Below, in pieces: positions 8,800-17,742 of a stretch of 27,755 nt of DNA. Position 1 is the first letter of the stretch. Each line of letters opens with the position of its first letter. The notes under the pieces are model-generated. The model did no database searches. It was given only the letters and a program-made list of their open reading frames with translations, and had not been told where the DNA came from. Source of the DNA: a virus (Duplodnaviria; Caudoviricetes); IMG/VR virus record IMGVR_UViG_3300037634_002238, positions 1 to 27,755 of that record; one strand, 5' to 3'. The translations under genes and the position numbers were made by a program.

Positions 8800-9819
8800 A
8801 TGGCAAACTATAGAATTCCACGGGCTTACGCGAGACGTCACCCCCAGTATCAAGAACTTATGGAAGGACAGAGACCAACAGTCAAGGGACTGGTTGCCTC
8901 TACTTTCCTACCGATCACTGAGATCGAACCAGCTCACGAGGATCCAATTGTAATCCCCGCTGGTACTTGGGTAGGTATTTTAGGTGCTGATGCCACTGGC
9001 TCAGCAACGAATACTGGCGCTCTCGGAAGCATCACAGCATACAGTTTAGCACCGGCGTGCTCGACTGGATACTCCGTGAATTATACGACAAACGACACGA
9101 CAGTTGGCGCAACATTCGGTGTTGGCAATAAGGTAACGAATATCGATACCAATGCCGCCATCGTAGACGGCGCTGAGGGCGAGTCAACTCATAAGCTGGG
9201 CGACGACAAAGGTGTTCGTCCTCTTGGTATTGCGTTCCATGACATCTATGCTGGATGGATGGGAACACAGTACACTAACTATGATAGGCAGCCAAATATA
9301 GGCTTCCTTATGAGCAATCAAATTGTTCAGGTTCCTTGTATTACCGCACAGGAAAAGGCTATTGAGCCTGGCGACCTTGTTATGGTCGATGGTTATGACA
9401 ATGCAGAAGCAGATGGCGTTCTCGCATGGAATGGCACTGGAGTTGGCGACCGTAGAGTCGGTCGTCTAGTAGGTTGGAAAGATGCAGTCGCATCTCTCCC
9501 AGCTACAGCAACCGGTGGTACTGCAGCGCTTGAGCTTGGCAAGCTTCAAGAGCATATTGTTGGACGTTGCCTGCGCAAGGTTCTTGTTGCTGATTTTGGT
9601 CCTAGTGCATCAACGCACGACCTTCTGAGTGCACATGTATCAACAGGCAAGACAAGTGATGTAAACCTTGAATACAGGGTTGGCGGTCGAGTTCAGACTG
9701 TGCCAGGCTTAGGCCTGCAGGGTTCTGGAACTCTCGGTGTTCCGGGTTGGCTACTCTCTTCGAGAGCAGACACTACCGGTGTTTTCTGGGCTCTAGAAAT
9801 TGCCGTTGGCACCTACTAA
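8800..9819 (+). CDS. Head decoration / minor capsid protein
   Basis: AGGAG SD. It lies between scaffold and MCP, is G/T/A-rich and beta-type, and has motifs VIPAGTWVG, RPLGIA, IEPGDLVMVD, IVGR. Confidence 0.7.
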   Translation: MANYRIPRAYARRHPQYQELMEGQRPTVKGLVASTFLPITEIEPAHEDPIVIPAGTWVGILGADATGSATNTGALGSITAYSLAPACSTGYSVNYTTNDTTVGATFGVGNKVTNIDTNAAIVDGAEGESTHKLGDDKGVRPLGIAFHDIYAGWMGTQYTNYDRQPNIGFLMSNQIVQVPCITAQEKAIEPGDLVMVDGYDNAEADGVLAWNGTGVGDRRVGRLVGWKDAVASLPATATGGTAALELGKLQEHIVGRCLRKVLVADFGPSASTHDLLSAHVSTGKTSDVNLEYRVGGRVQTVPGLGLQGSGTLGVPGWLLSSRADTTGVFWALEIAVGTY

Positions 9820-9831
9820 AGGAGGATTGTA

Positions 9832-11250
9832 ATGAGTGAATTTGATCCGAGCCTAGTCGGCAATGTCTTTGATGAAGAACAGGAAACTGTAATTCTCAAT
9901 ATGCACAGTGATATCCGTAAGGAATTTCCTGAACATGCCGAAAAGGCTGTTGCCGATGCTCTAGAAAAAAAGGGTATTACCCAATTAGATGCTGCTGCTA
10001 CACCAGCAGAACGCTCCTATCTTGCACATCAAGATAAGGTAGCCAAGACGAAGAGGATCTGGGATGCTAATGGACACGTTCCTGGCATGTCCGATCGTAT
10101 TACCTATGACGACTTAGCCGCAAAGGATTCTGAGCGCAAGTCGAAATGGGAGAAGAATGGTAGAATGGTTGATGGTGTTTTTAGCACTGATCAGCCTATG
10201 ATTATTCCTCGAGTAATCGAAGAGACTGTTCGTGAGGCCATAGAGCCTAATATCGTTCTGACCCCCCTAATGCAGAATGTCAACGTTTCGAACGCTGGCA
10301 CTGTCGTTACCTTCCCAGCTGTTGGAAATGTAATGATTGCTGCTGATATTGGTGAAGGTCAAGAGTATCCAGAGCAGAGCTTAGAGTTCGCCGGAGAGGT
10401 GACTGCGAAGGTCGGTAAGTCCGGTATCGCGGTTAAGCTCACCGACGAGATGATCCGCTACTCGATGTTTGACATTATGTCAATGCATCTAAGTGCAGCG
10501 GGCAAAGCTCTTATCAGACACAAGGAACAGAAGGCTGCGGATATCATTCTTGATAATGGTGTCACTTTCTTTGACCAGACATCTGGCAAGAAGACTTCTG
10601 GACGAGACAGTGCTGGCGCACTAAACAACACCATGACACTTGATGACTTGCTGTTGATGTATGCCGATCTGACTCAGTCAGGCTTTGTGCCCGATACTTT
10701 GATAGTTCATCCTTTGGCATGGTTCATGTTCTGTCGTGAACCCGTCATGAGGGCTCTATTTATGCAGGGTGCTGGTCAAGGCGCTTACTGGCAAAACTAT
10801 CAGGGTGCGGTGGGCAATGCTCCATCATTCGCTGGTGGCGGTCAGTCGCTTCAGAACAACACCTTCGTAACAGATCCGGGACAGGTTGCAACTACGTATA
10901 CACAGCCAGGTATATTCCCTGTGCCGTTGCGTATTGTTGTTACGCCGTTCCAGACTGTTGATACGAGTGCGAACACTACTACAGTGACAATGTGCAAGGC
11001 TAGCGAACTCGGTTGGCTCCTAACGGACGAGACCGTAAATACGGAATCCTTCGATGATCCTGCAAGGGACATCATGAAGGTTAAGTTCCGTGAGCGTTAT
11101 GCTTTCGTTCTTGCAAATAATGGCCAGGCTATTCGCCATGCCAAGAGTGTCAACTGGAGAGCTAAGGGTTATAGCTTTGATGATCAGTTGGTATGGGACG
11201 CCGCTTCTAGTGGTCTACCTAGCCTAGATCAGGGCAGCCTAGCATTCTAG
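9832..11250 (+). CDS. Major capsid protein (HK97 fold)
   Basis: AAGGAGG SD. Motifs IIPRVIEETVREAIEP, IGEGQEYPE, KSGIAVKLTDEMI, PDTLIVHPLAW, DPARDIMKVKFRERY. A terminator follows. Confidence 0.93.
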   Translation: MSEFDPSLVGNVFDEEQETVILNMHSDIRKEFPEHAEKAVADALEKKGITQLDAAATPAERSYLAHQDKVAKTKRIWDANGHVPGMSDRITYDDLAAKDSERKSKWEKNGRMVDGVFSTDQPMIIPRVIEETVREAIEPNIVLTPLMQNVNVSNAGTVVTFPAVGNVMIAADIGEGQEYPEQSLEFAGEVTAKVGKSGIAVKLTDEMIRYSMFDIMSMHLSAAGKALIRHKEQKAADIILDNGVTFFDQTSGKKTSGRDSAGALNNTMTLDDLLLMYADLTQSGFVPDTLIVHPLAWFMFCREPVMRALFMQGAGQGAYWQNYQGAVGNAPSFAGGGQSLQNNTFVTDPGQVATTYTQPGIFPVPLRIVVTPFQTVDTSANTTTVTMCKASELGWLLTDETVNTESFDDPARDIMKVKFRERYAFVLANNGQAIRHAKSVNWRAKGYSFDDQLVWDAASSGLPSLDQGSLAF

Positions 11251-11265
11251 ACTGACTAAGTAACA

Positions 11266-11308
11266 GGAGGCCCCCGCCCCCAATGGTGGGGGTCTCCATC
11301 TTTCCTTT
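11266..11308 (+). terminator. Intrinsic terminator-like hairpin after the capsid gene
   Basis: GGAGGCCCCCGCC / GGTGGGGGTCTCC forms a 13-bp stem with two G-U pairs (11266-11297), followed by an interrupted U tract ATCTTTCCTTT. Confidence 0.7.
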
Positions 11309-11322
11309 GGAGACCAATAGAC

Positions 11323-12024
11323 ATGACCACACCCAAGAAGAAGACCAAAAAGAAATCTAAGACTTCCAAGTCTAAGACACAGAAAACAACATCGACTGCC
11401 AATGAGATAGTAGTTGATGCAATGACCTCAAAGGTCACTCAAGAGCCAGTGAATATTGTCGCAGATACGGTAATGGATCCAGATAGTGCTGCGGTCATGG
11501 CTGGCGACGAGCTGAGCTTGAATCCTGATTCCACAGTTCCTGTTGTTGCGGTTCATCATTTTAGGGTAGATGCAAAAAACCCTACCGATACGGCACCGCC
11601 AGATCCTGGCGCTCGTAAGTACCTTACAGCAGAACTAAAGAGAGGCACATTGGTGCGAGGCTCTATAGTGGAATCCGCAAGATCTAAAGATACCACACCC
11701 AGAGACCCCAAGGTAATGGAATGGTATCTTGACAATCTTAGTCATAGTAATGTCAATAAGATAAAAGAATCGATCATCGGATTAGTCATTAGCGTTACGA
11801 AGATAAGCATGTGGAATCCGATGCAGATACTTGAAAAGATGATGCACACAGAAACTAATGGCTCTAACCGTAGACAAGTAGTTGACTTCCTTGAAGAGGG
11901 AATAAGACTGAGACGAGCCAGACCATGCGGCATTGCCGATGAGCTCTTTGACCCTAAGAAGCATGCTGTCAGTAGCTTCAAGACAGTTACGAGGCCTAGA
12001 AACTACGCTGGATATAGTGATTAA
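11323..12024 (+). CDS. Hypothetical head-associated protein with Lys-rich N-terminus
   Basis: GGAG SD. N-terminus MTTPKKKTKKKSK. The C-terminal small helical motif E-x-x-G-x-NRRQVVDFL is of a kind often seen in genes following an MCP. TAATG overlap with the next gene. Confidence 0.75.
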   Translation: MTTPKKKTKKKSKTSKSKTQKTTSTANEIVVDAMTSKVTQEPVNIVADTVMDPDSAAVMAGDELSLNPDSTVPVVAVHHFRVDAKNPTDTAPPDPGARKYLTAELKRGTLVRGSIVESARSKDTTPRDPKVMEWYLDNLSHSNVNKIKESIIGLVISVTKISMWNPMQILEKMMHTETNGSNRRQVVDFLEEGIRLRRARPCGIADELFDPKKHAVSSFKTVTRPRNYAGYSD

Positions 12025-13445
12025 TGTCAATTAACGTAAACTCAACGAGCCCTACGGGCGGGTCGAATAATGTACCGATAAACAAGGTTATGAAGGTTAC
12101 GTTCAGTAATACTAATAACCTTAGTGGATCTACGGTAAACGCTTCAACCTTTGTCCTCCAGCACAATCTGACTAATCGGGTACATCCAGTAACTGTCAGT
12201 TATACTGGCGGGTCTGTTGTTTACGTTACTCCAACAACACTTCTATCGAAGAATAGCTCATACAAACTTAAGATAGTTGGGTCTGATTTAGATTTGCCTG
12301 GTGGATACATACAGACACTTACAGGCAACACCCTTACAGGAACAACTAATGTAACCTTTACAGCCGGAGACGATATAGAGGTCACCGCTGGCCAGAAGAC
12401 AGATACAGAGGAAGGATATGAGGGTGACCTAAAGTTGCCCTCTACCCTTCAAGTTACGTCGGCTGCGCCTTTCCAGCTTTTAAGCAGTTCACCAAGCGAC
12501 AATAGTTGGGGGTTTACAGGGTCAACGATTACTCTTACATTTAATCAAGATGTAACTGATACTGCGGCCAATCTTGGCCTGATACAGCTATATCAGAGGG
12601 AGTTCTTAGATGAAGTGGGTTTCTTCGCAAAGACTGGCAACTCGTTCGTTGGTAACGCTTTTGAATGGGATACTTCTAAATGGGCTGGAGAATCATCTAC
12701 TTTCTTTAATGAACCATCCTGGTCGGTATCTGCTACCGGAAAGGTCGTTACGTTCACCACTTCTAACGAGAGGGCTAAGAACACTGCATATGAAGTCGTC
12801 ATACCCGAAGACTTTGCAGCTACAGGTGCCAGCACATTTGAAATAGAAAAGGAAGTTACGTTTACGAGCGATAGCTATCCTTCGTACGTGACCCCTAGAA
12901 GCATACGTAACGAGGTCTTTTCTGTATTCGATACTCTTGCTTATGATTACGTTCATCAGTTGATATGGAGACATTCGATAGACGCTTGGAGATGTGCTGG
13001 ACGCATGGGCGGTTCTCTTGATGGAGGAGTCTCAGGTGGAGGCGGCTACATACGTAGATACGTTAAGTCTGGTACAGTTAGAGACATCATATATGACGCA
13101 ACGTTACAAAAAGGACTACTTGCCGGTACTAGTAAGTCACTTGGAGATATGCAAATTAGATATCATTCAAATGCCGGCAATGCCCAGATAGCAAAACTTA
13201 ACTCTGTTATAAGCGATTTTGATAGAGCAAAAAGAGCTATATGCTATGGAGCATCGCAGGCTCGTGTGTTCATTAAGGGATGGGCAAGCAATCTCGACCC
13301 CTTGAACATTAGGCAACGACTATGGAAGCATCCCGGCAAGAACTACCAGCGGGACGGGACAAAGAGCGACTCATTCCTACCTGTATCGAATACTAGAAGG
13401 AACAGAGCCGAAACCTTACCAGGTCAGGGCGACCTTTGGAGCTAA
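12024..13445 (+). CDS. Ig-like (Big_5-type) domain neck / head-tail adaptor protein
   Basis: Two Ig-like repeats (STSPTGGSNNVPINKVMKVTFS...; SSSPSDNSWGFTGSTITLTFNQDV...), then an adaptor-like C-terminus (YVTPRSIR...KSLGDMQIRY). Confidence 0.72.
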   Translation: MSINVNSTSPTGGSNNVPINKVMKVTFSNTNNLSGSTVNASTFVLQHNLTNRVHPVTVSYTGGSVVYVTPTTLLSKNSSYKLKIVGSDLDLPGGYIQTLTGNTLTGTTNVTFTAGDDIEVTAGQKTDTEEGYEGDLKLPSTLQVTSAAPFQLLSSSPSDNSWGFTGSTITLTFNQDVTDTAANLGLIQLYQREFLDEVGFFAKTGNSFVGNAFEWDTSKWAGESSTFFNEPSWSVSATGKVVTFTTSNERAKNTAYEVVIPEDFAATGASTFEIEKEVTFTSDSYPSYVTPRSIRNEVFSVFDTLAYDYVHQLIWRHSIDAWRCAGRMGGSLDGGVSGGGGYIRRYVKSGTVRDIIYDATLQKGLLAGTSKSLGDMQIRYHSNAGNAQIAKLNSVISDFDRAKRAICYGASQARVFIKGWASNLDPLNIRQRLWKHPGKNYQRDGTKSDSFLPVSNTRRNRAETLPGQGDLWS

Positions 13446-13447
13446 AT

Positions 13448-13774
13448 ATGGAAGAGGGACTGACACAGATAGGGGTGGGTGGTGTATTTGCTATATTTAT
13501 TCTTAGAGAAGTGTTCACATTTCTTAAGTCTCGTAAAGAGGCCGCAACGCTTGAAGGTAAAGTGGATAAATTAGTTGATCAGGTCGACTCCTTTGAACAG
13601 GTTAGATCACAGATTAGAGACTTACATGTGTGGCACAATGTGACCGACACAGACGGTAGCAAAATATGGTATGTTAAGAGTTCCTTGACTGAAGCCATGA
13701 CGGAATTGTCAAAGAACATAGCAGCTCAAACAAGTGCGTTTGAGAGATTAGTCGATCGAATCGATCGATCGTAG
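13448..13774 (+). CDS. Holin-like single-TM coiled-coil protein (BhlA/UviB-like)
   Basis: GGAG at 13438-13441 favours ATG 13448 over the track's TTG 13436. An N-terminal TM segment (IGVGGVFAIFILREVFTFL) is followed by a coiled coil. Confidence 0.55.
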   Translation: MEEGLTQIGVGGVFAIFILREVFTFLKSRKEAATLEGKVDKLVDQVDSFEQVRSQIRDLHVWHNVTDTDGSKIWYVKSSLTEAMTELSKNIAAQTSAFERLVDRIDRS

Positions 13775-13795
13775 AGATTAATTAGGAGTAGTGAG

Positions 13796-14164
13796 ATGCA
13801 GCAAATTTTAGAACTACTGCTCGATAACCTAGAGTTTATAGTCGTTACTATAGCCGGTATTGTTGGTAGGTTCATTTATAAGAATAACATTGATAAGGCC
13901 GATGCTATTGCGTCACTAAAGAGTGGTGTAGCAGCGTTCTTCCAAGACAATCCACAGATTAAGACCGCACTTAGTGACGGTAAGATATCAAAAGATGAGT
14001 GGAAGATTCTATTTAGCACAGTAGGACCTGTAGCGGTAGGCGCAGCTACTAGAGGCGGCGCTAAGGTACTTAAGAGGTGGATAGATAATGGCTCTGTAGC
14101 AAATAAGTATATTGAGGCTGTTGCGCGAGAACTTTCGTCAGAATTTGGAAATACATCATCGTGA
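13796..14164 (+). CDS. Holin-like membrane protein (LL-H-family-like)
   Basis: AGGAG SD. N-terminal TM FIVVTIAGIVGRFIY. The C-terminal YIEAVARE resembles the IEAAV tail of LL-H holins. Confidence 0.5.
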   Translation: MQQILELLLDNLEFIVVTIAGIVGRFIYKNNIDKADAIASLKSGVAAFFQDNPQIKTALSDGKISKDEWKILFSTVGPVAVGAATRGGAKVLKRWIDNGSVANKYIEAVARELSSEFGNTSS

Positions 14165-14346
14165 CATGGCTAGGTTCTGTTATCCGAGGTTTTACTGAGG
14201 CTCTATTGCCGTTTTTAAAGAAACTATTTAGTAGCCCAGACACCTCAGAGAACGTGCTTCCAGCAAGTTCAGCGTTACGTCAACACGTTGGAAATAAGAT
14301 ATTAAAACACAATAAATTAATTACTGCCTCCAAGAAGGAGGCTTAG
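14161..14346 (+). CDS. Small amphipathic/membrane protein, possible lysis accessory
   Basis: GTGA start/stop overlap with the previous gene. Amphipathic N-terminus MTWLGSVIRGFTEALLPFLKKLF. Confidence 0.6.
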   Translation: MTWLGSVIRGFTEALLPFLKKLFSSPDTSENVLPASSALRQHVGNKILKHNKLITASKKEA

Positions 14347-14395
14347 AAATTCCCCTTTATGGGGGATGTCTTGGGCTGGTCTTCCTTGGCAAGTT

Positions 14396-14435
14396 TGGGT
14401 CGGGCAGATCATGTTGGTTTGCTCGACCCATTTTA
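14396..14435 (+). terminator. Strong hairpin with U tract (terminator, or 3' end of a small RNA)
   Basis: TGGGTCGGGCAGATCA-TGT-TGGTTTGCTCGACCCA forms a 16-bp stem followed by TTTTA. Three G-U pairs make it + strand specific. Confidence 0.75.
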
Positions 14436-14447
14436 TAAGTATTACCT

Positions 14448-14939
14448 ATGCATGAAATTAACTTAAGAACCGAGATGGCAGACTTTCTCGACAAGAGAGG
14501 TCATTGGGTTGCCATTAGACAGGCTGTACCTGGCGCTAAGTGCTCGTGTATGGATTCTGCTTTAGGCGAGCCTGGGAGAGCCTGTGATGACTGTCTCGGT
14601 ACGGGTAGAGCCTATGTCGATCGTCTAATAAAGATACGAAAATCAAAGACCTTACAGATTAATCAGGCAATAGGTTCGGAGCGCTCATCTCCGATTGGCA
14701 ATGTCAATGCTTTTGATGTTCTCATGTATACTTCATATACCGTAAAACCTACACAGCAGGATTTCATACTAGAAATAGCATTAGATTCAAAGACTAGAGA
14801 ACCGAATATACCAATAAAGATCGTACAGGTATATAATGTTATTGATATTCAAGACAATAGAGATCAAGGTGGGAGAGTAGAGTACTACTCAATAACTAGT
14901 CAGCGGGTCGTGTGGCCGGAGTTTAACGTAAATGGCTAA
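14448..14939 (+). CDS. Neck / head-closure protein with Zn-finger
   Basis: CSC...CDDCLGTG motif and C-terminal RDQGGRVEYY. It sits between the adaptor and the tail terminator. Confidence 0.68.
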   Translation: MHEINLRTEMADFLDKRGHWVAIRQAVPGAKCSCMDSALGEPGRACDDCLGTGRAYVDRLIKIRKSKTLQINQAIGSERSSPIGNVNAFDVLMYTSYTVKPTQQDFILEIALDSKTREPNIPIKIVQVYNVIDIQDNRDQGGRVEYYSITSQRVVWPEFNVNG

Positions 14940-16221
14940 TCAGTATCGTCCAGATAGAAGACGTGTCCTAGAGCGCTTTGACCAGACTTACATAGAATGG
15001 TTTGACTCTCGTAGAAGAGTCTCTCGATTCCAGCGACGTCTCAGGTCTTCTCGTACAGCCGATCTTCTAGACTTAGTTGACATGTTAGATCTTCTAATAG
15101 AGAAGCATCAAATGTACTTTGAGATTCATAAGGATACAGGATGGGCATTAAACTTCCCATTTATGTTCGTGAAGCCCCGCATAGGAGATAAGCTTAGAAA
15201 TACAACGACTGACGAGGTTTATACTGTAGCGTTCGTTGAGGGGTTACAGGCTGGCCAAAGACGTATTCATCATGGACCCATAGCCCGAGAAGATAAAGAA
15301 GATAGCTTTACTGGAGTTATATACCTAGAACAAGGTAACCGGGCTCCCAGAATCTGGGAAGATCTAGAATGGATAGACAAAGATAGACTGCTTATACAGT
15401 TCTTTGAGGGGTCAGGAAGAAATCTTACCGTAGGTCCGTCTACAGCAGGCGAGCACGATGCCTCAGAAGTAGTGTATGATTTTATTCCATCTATTACATG
15501 GTTTGTTCATAGAGTTGAGCCAGCATCAATAGGTAAGTCGCCTTTTGATCCTCAGAAGCAACTTAAGCCTCAGTTAAGGGAAGAATTTTTAGACCCTAAA
15601 CATACATACTTACAGATGAGCGAGCATGAGCGTGAGATTAGACAGCTTCAAACTATCTACCCCACAGGGCAACATATAGTTACGGGACAGTGGGAATCGC
15701 TCTCTGAGGTACAACAAAGATCAGAAACAACGACACATACCATAAGCGTTTATGGACAGTCATTCGATAATATTGTACAATTTGATTGTTGGTCTAACTT
15801 CCATGCGGAGGCTAACACTCTTATTTTTTGGTTTGAAGATTTTATGGACCTTTATACAAAGGTTCTAAAGATAAACGGCGTACAGGAAATACTATATTGG
15901 CAGCGTCTTAGAGACCAGACGGTCGAAAGATGGCGAGATGATATTGATAACCGTACTATCCGTTACTACTTTAAAACCGAGAAGTTAAGAGTTGAAAGGA
16001 CCAGGAATTTTAGGAACTTCACGTTTAACGTGAGGGTGGCCCATAGAGGTGAAGCACTATTAACCGGAGAGCCAATTGGGATTTCGACTACCACAGGCAG
16101 TAGTGGAGGATCGGCAAACCAATTTCAGCTTGACAACTTCACTGGATATCACTTTACCGGTGATGGATCTTATCTCTGGGGCCAGTTGGACATACAGGAA
16201 TATACAGGTTTTAGTTCTTAG
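14932..16221 (+). CDS. Tail terminator / completion-like protein
   Basis: Directly before the sheath. Motifs ITWFVHRVEP, KPQLRE, GQSFDNIVQFDCW, WFEDFM, RTIRYYFKTE. Confidence 0.65.
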   Translation: MANQYRPDRRRVLERFDQTYIEWFDSRRRVSRFQRRLRSSRTADLLDLVDMLDLLIEKHQMYFEIHKDTGWALNFPFMFVKPRIGDKLRNTTTDEVYTVAFVEGLQAGQRRIHHGPIAREDKEDSFTGVIYLEQGNRAPRIWEDLEWIDKDRLLIQFFEGSGRNLTVGPSTAGEHDASEVVYDFIPSITWFVHRVEPASIGKSPFDPQKQLKPQLREEFLDPKHTYLQMSEHEREIRQLQTIYPTGQHIVTGQWESLSEVQQRSETTTHTISVYGQSFDNIVQFDCWSNFHAEANTLIFWFEDFMDLYTKVLKINGVQEILYWQRLRDQTVERWRDDIDNRTIRYYFKTEKLRVERTRNFRNFTFNVRVAHRGEALLTGEPIGISTTTGSSGGSANQFQLDNFTGYHFTGDGSYLWGQLDIQEYTGFSS

Positions 16222-16230
16222 GAGATAACT

Positions 16231-17718
16231 ATGGCTTTACCAGGAACAAATGTAACCATCAATGATGGTGGCTTGCGTGTGGAAAGACCACTCGCAGGCA
16301 CAAGAGTTATCCTGCTAGGTACTACCCATGCTACGAATACCACTATTCCGTTGAATGAGCCCGTGACTATCACGAGCGTTCCACTGGCCATGGACGCATT
16401 AAGGAACCCTACAGGGGTTACTAATGCTTCCTCAAAAACGGAGAGCGAACTGTCAATTGCGTTGCAAAACGCATTAGTCGGTGGCGCACCTGCCGTTGAG
16501 GTCATGAAGATAGAAGTTGCCGGTGGACTCAATTACACCGGTTATTCAACGGAAAGTAGGTTTGCCGCTCTTAGCGGCGCGTATGCTGCCCTTGGTGGGC
16601 ATCCTACGGATATCGTAGTACCGGTTGGTGCTTATGCTGAGGATATTCTCGCAGATACGTGGGCAGATGCTAGTGGACATTTCACTGGCAATGTCCGTAG
16701 CGACACGTTCGTACGTCAATTAGCTCAGTTCTGCTATGAGAAAACAAAAGATTTTGACACCACGATTGGTGTTATAGGTCTTAAGCCTCCTCTTATGATA
16801 CCGACAGTCATTCGGACTGGTGGTGCTGTGCCGTGGGCTGCTGGTGTCAACGGGGTAACAGGAGATAACGGCATTCTATTCGGTACTCCAAGTCTTACTC
16901 AGGTTACCAATTGGGTTAATTATGTAACAGGCGCTTCAGCAGGGATACAGGCTGTGGGCTGGGGTAATTACCTAAAGGGATCTGAGGCGACGTGGGATAC
17001 GCAGTATCTAGTAGCTGGCAACAACGGTTTCCAGGCCCAGTCAAGTGCTGGACTTGGAGTAACCGACGATTTAGGTAACAGAGTCGATGTCGGTGCTTAT
17101 GTGAGTGTCTTTGGCGCTCCCGTAAAAACCAGCAATGGCAATGTAAGAAAGTTGGCACTTGAGTTTACAGGCTCAGGTACCAATATTTCGTTCAACACTG
17201 ATGGTGCAGTAAATTATGCTGGCTTAATTGCCAACTTGCAGCCCCACAGTTCTACAACGAATAAAACTGTACCAGGTCTTATTCAGTCACGGCTTCTTTC
17301 GCTGTCGCAGGCTGAGGGTCTTGCGAATTATCGTGTCGCAACGTTAATGCGGAGATCCAGAGGACTGGTTGTGGTGAAGGGCATAACTGGAGCTTACAGA
17401 GTTGACGATTTTACAAGGTCTGACTTCACAAACCTCACAACGGTTCGCATTACACATGCTGCTGCTGATGTGGTTAGAATTGCTGCAGAACCATTCATTG
17501 GTGAGGCTAATAATGTCGCACGCAGGAATGCAATGCAACAGAACATTGAAGGTGGGCTGCGTAGAATGCAGTTAGCTGGTGCTCTACAAAGTTTTGACTT
17601 CGCAGTCATCTCTACGCCAGACCAACAGGTCCTAGGTGAGGCGACAGTAGACCTCACTATAGTGCCTGTATTTGAGCTACAAGCTGTTAAGTGCGTAGTT
17701 ACTCTGGCTAAAGAGTAG
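16231..17718 (+). CDS. Contractile tail sheath protein
   Basis: AGGAG SD. N-terminal LPGTNVTINDG. C-terminal sheath domain: STTNK, TVRI..AAEPFIGEAN, VDLTIVPVFELQAV. Confidence 0.92.
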   Translation: MALPGTNVTINDGGLRVERPLAGTRVILLGTTHATNTTIPLNEPVTITSVPLAMDALRNPTGVTNASSKTESELSIALQNALVGGAPAVEVMKIEVAGGLNYTGYSTESRFAALSGAYAALGGHPTDIVVPVGAYAEDILADTWADASGHFTGNVRSDTFVRQLAQFCYEKTKDFDTTIGVIGLKPPLMIPTVIRTGGAVPWAAGVNGVTGDNGILFGTPSLTQVTNWVNYVTGASAGIQAVGWGNYLKGSEATWDTQYLVAGNNGFQAQSSAGLGVTDDLGNRVDVGAYVSVFGAPVKTSNGNVRKLALEFTGSGTNISFNTDGAVNYAGLIANLQPHSSTTNKTVPGLIQSRLLSLSQAEGLANYRVATLMRRSRGLVVVKGITGAYRVDDFTRSDFTNLTTVRITHAAADVVRIAAEPFIGEANNVARRNAMQQNIEGGLRRMQLAGALQSFDFAVISTPDQQVLGEATVDLTIVPVFELQAVKCVVTLAKE

Positions 17719-17742
17719 TCTTAGAATAAGGAGCTAAAAAAA

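Noticed and set aside
864-11250. Intein or intron in terminase, portal or capsid genes
   Set aside because: Motif spacing is normal, no C...HN-(C/S/T) splice junctions or LAGLIDADG blocks were seen, and the frames are uninterrupted.
13751-13772. TCGATCGAATCGATCGATCG run of overlapping palindromes
   Set aside because: It occurs once and is explained by the coding sequence V-D-R-I-D-R-S.
14335-14437. Small ORF driven by AAGGAGG at 14335-14341
   Set aside because: The nearest ATG is 17 nt away, the SD is buried in a hairpin, and the region is better explained as RNA structure.
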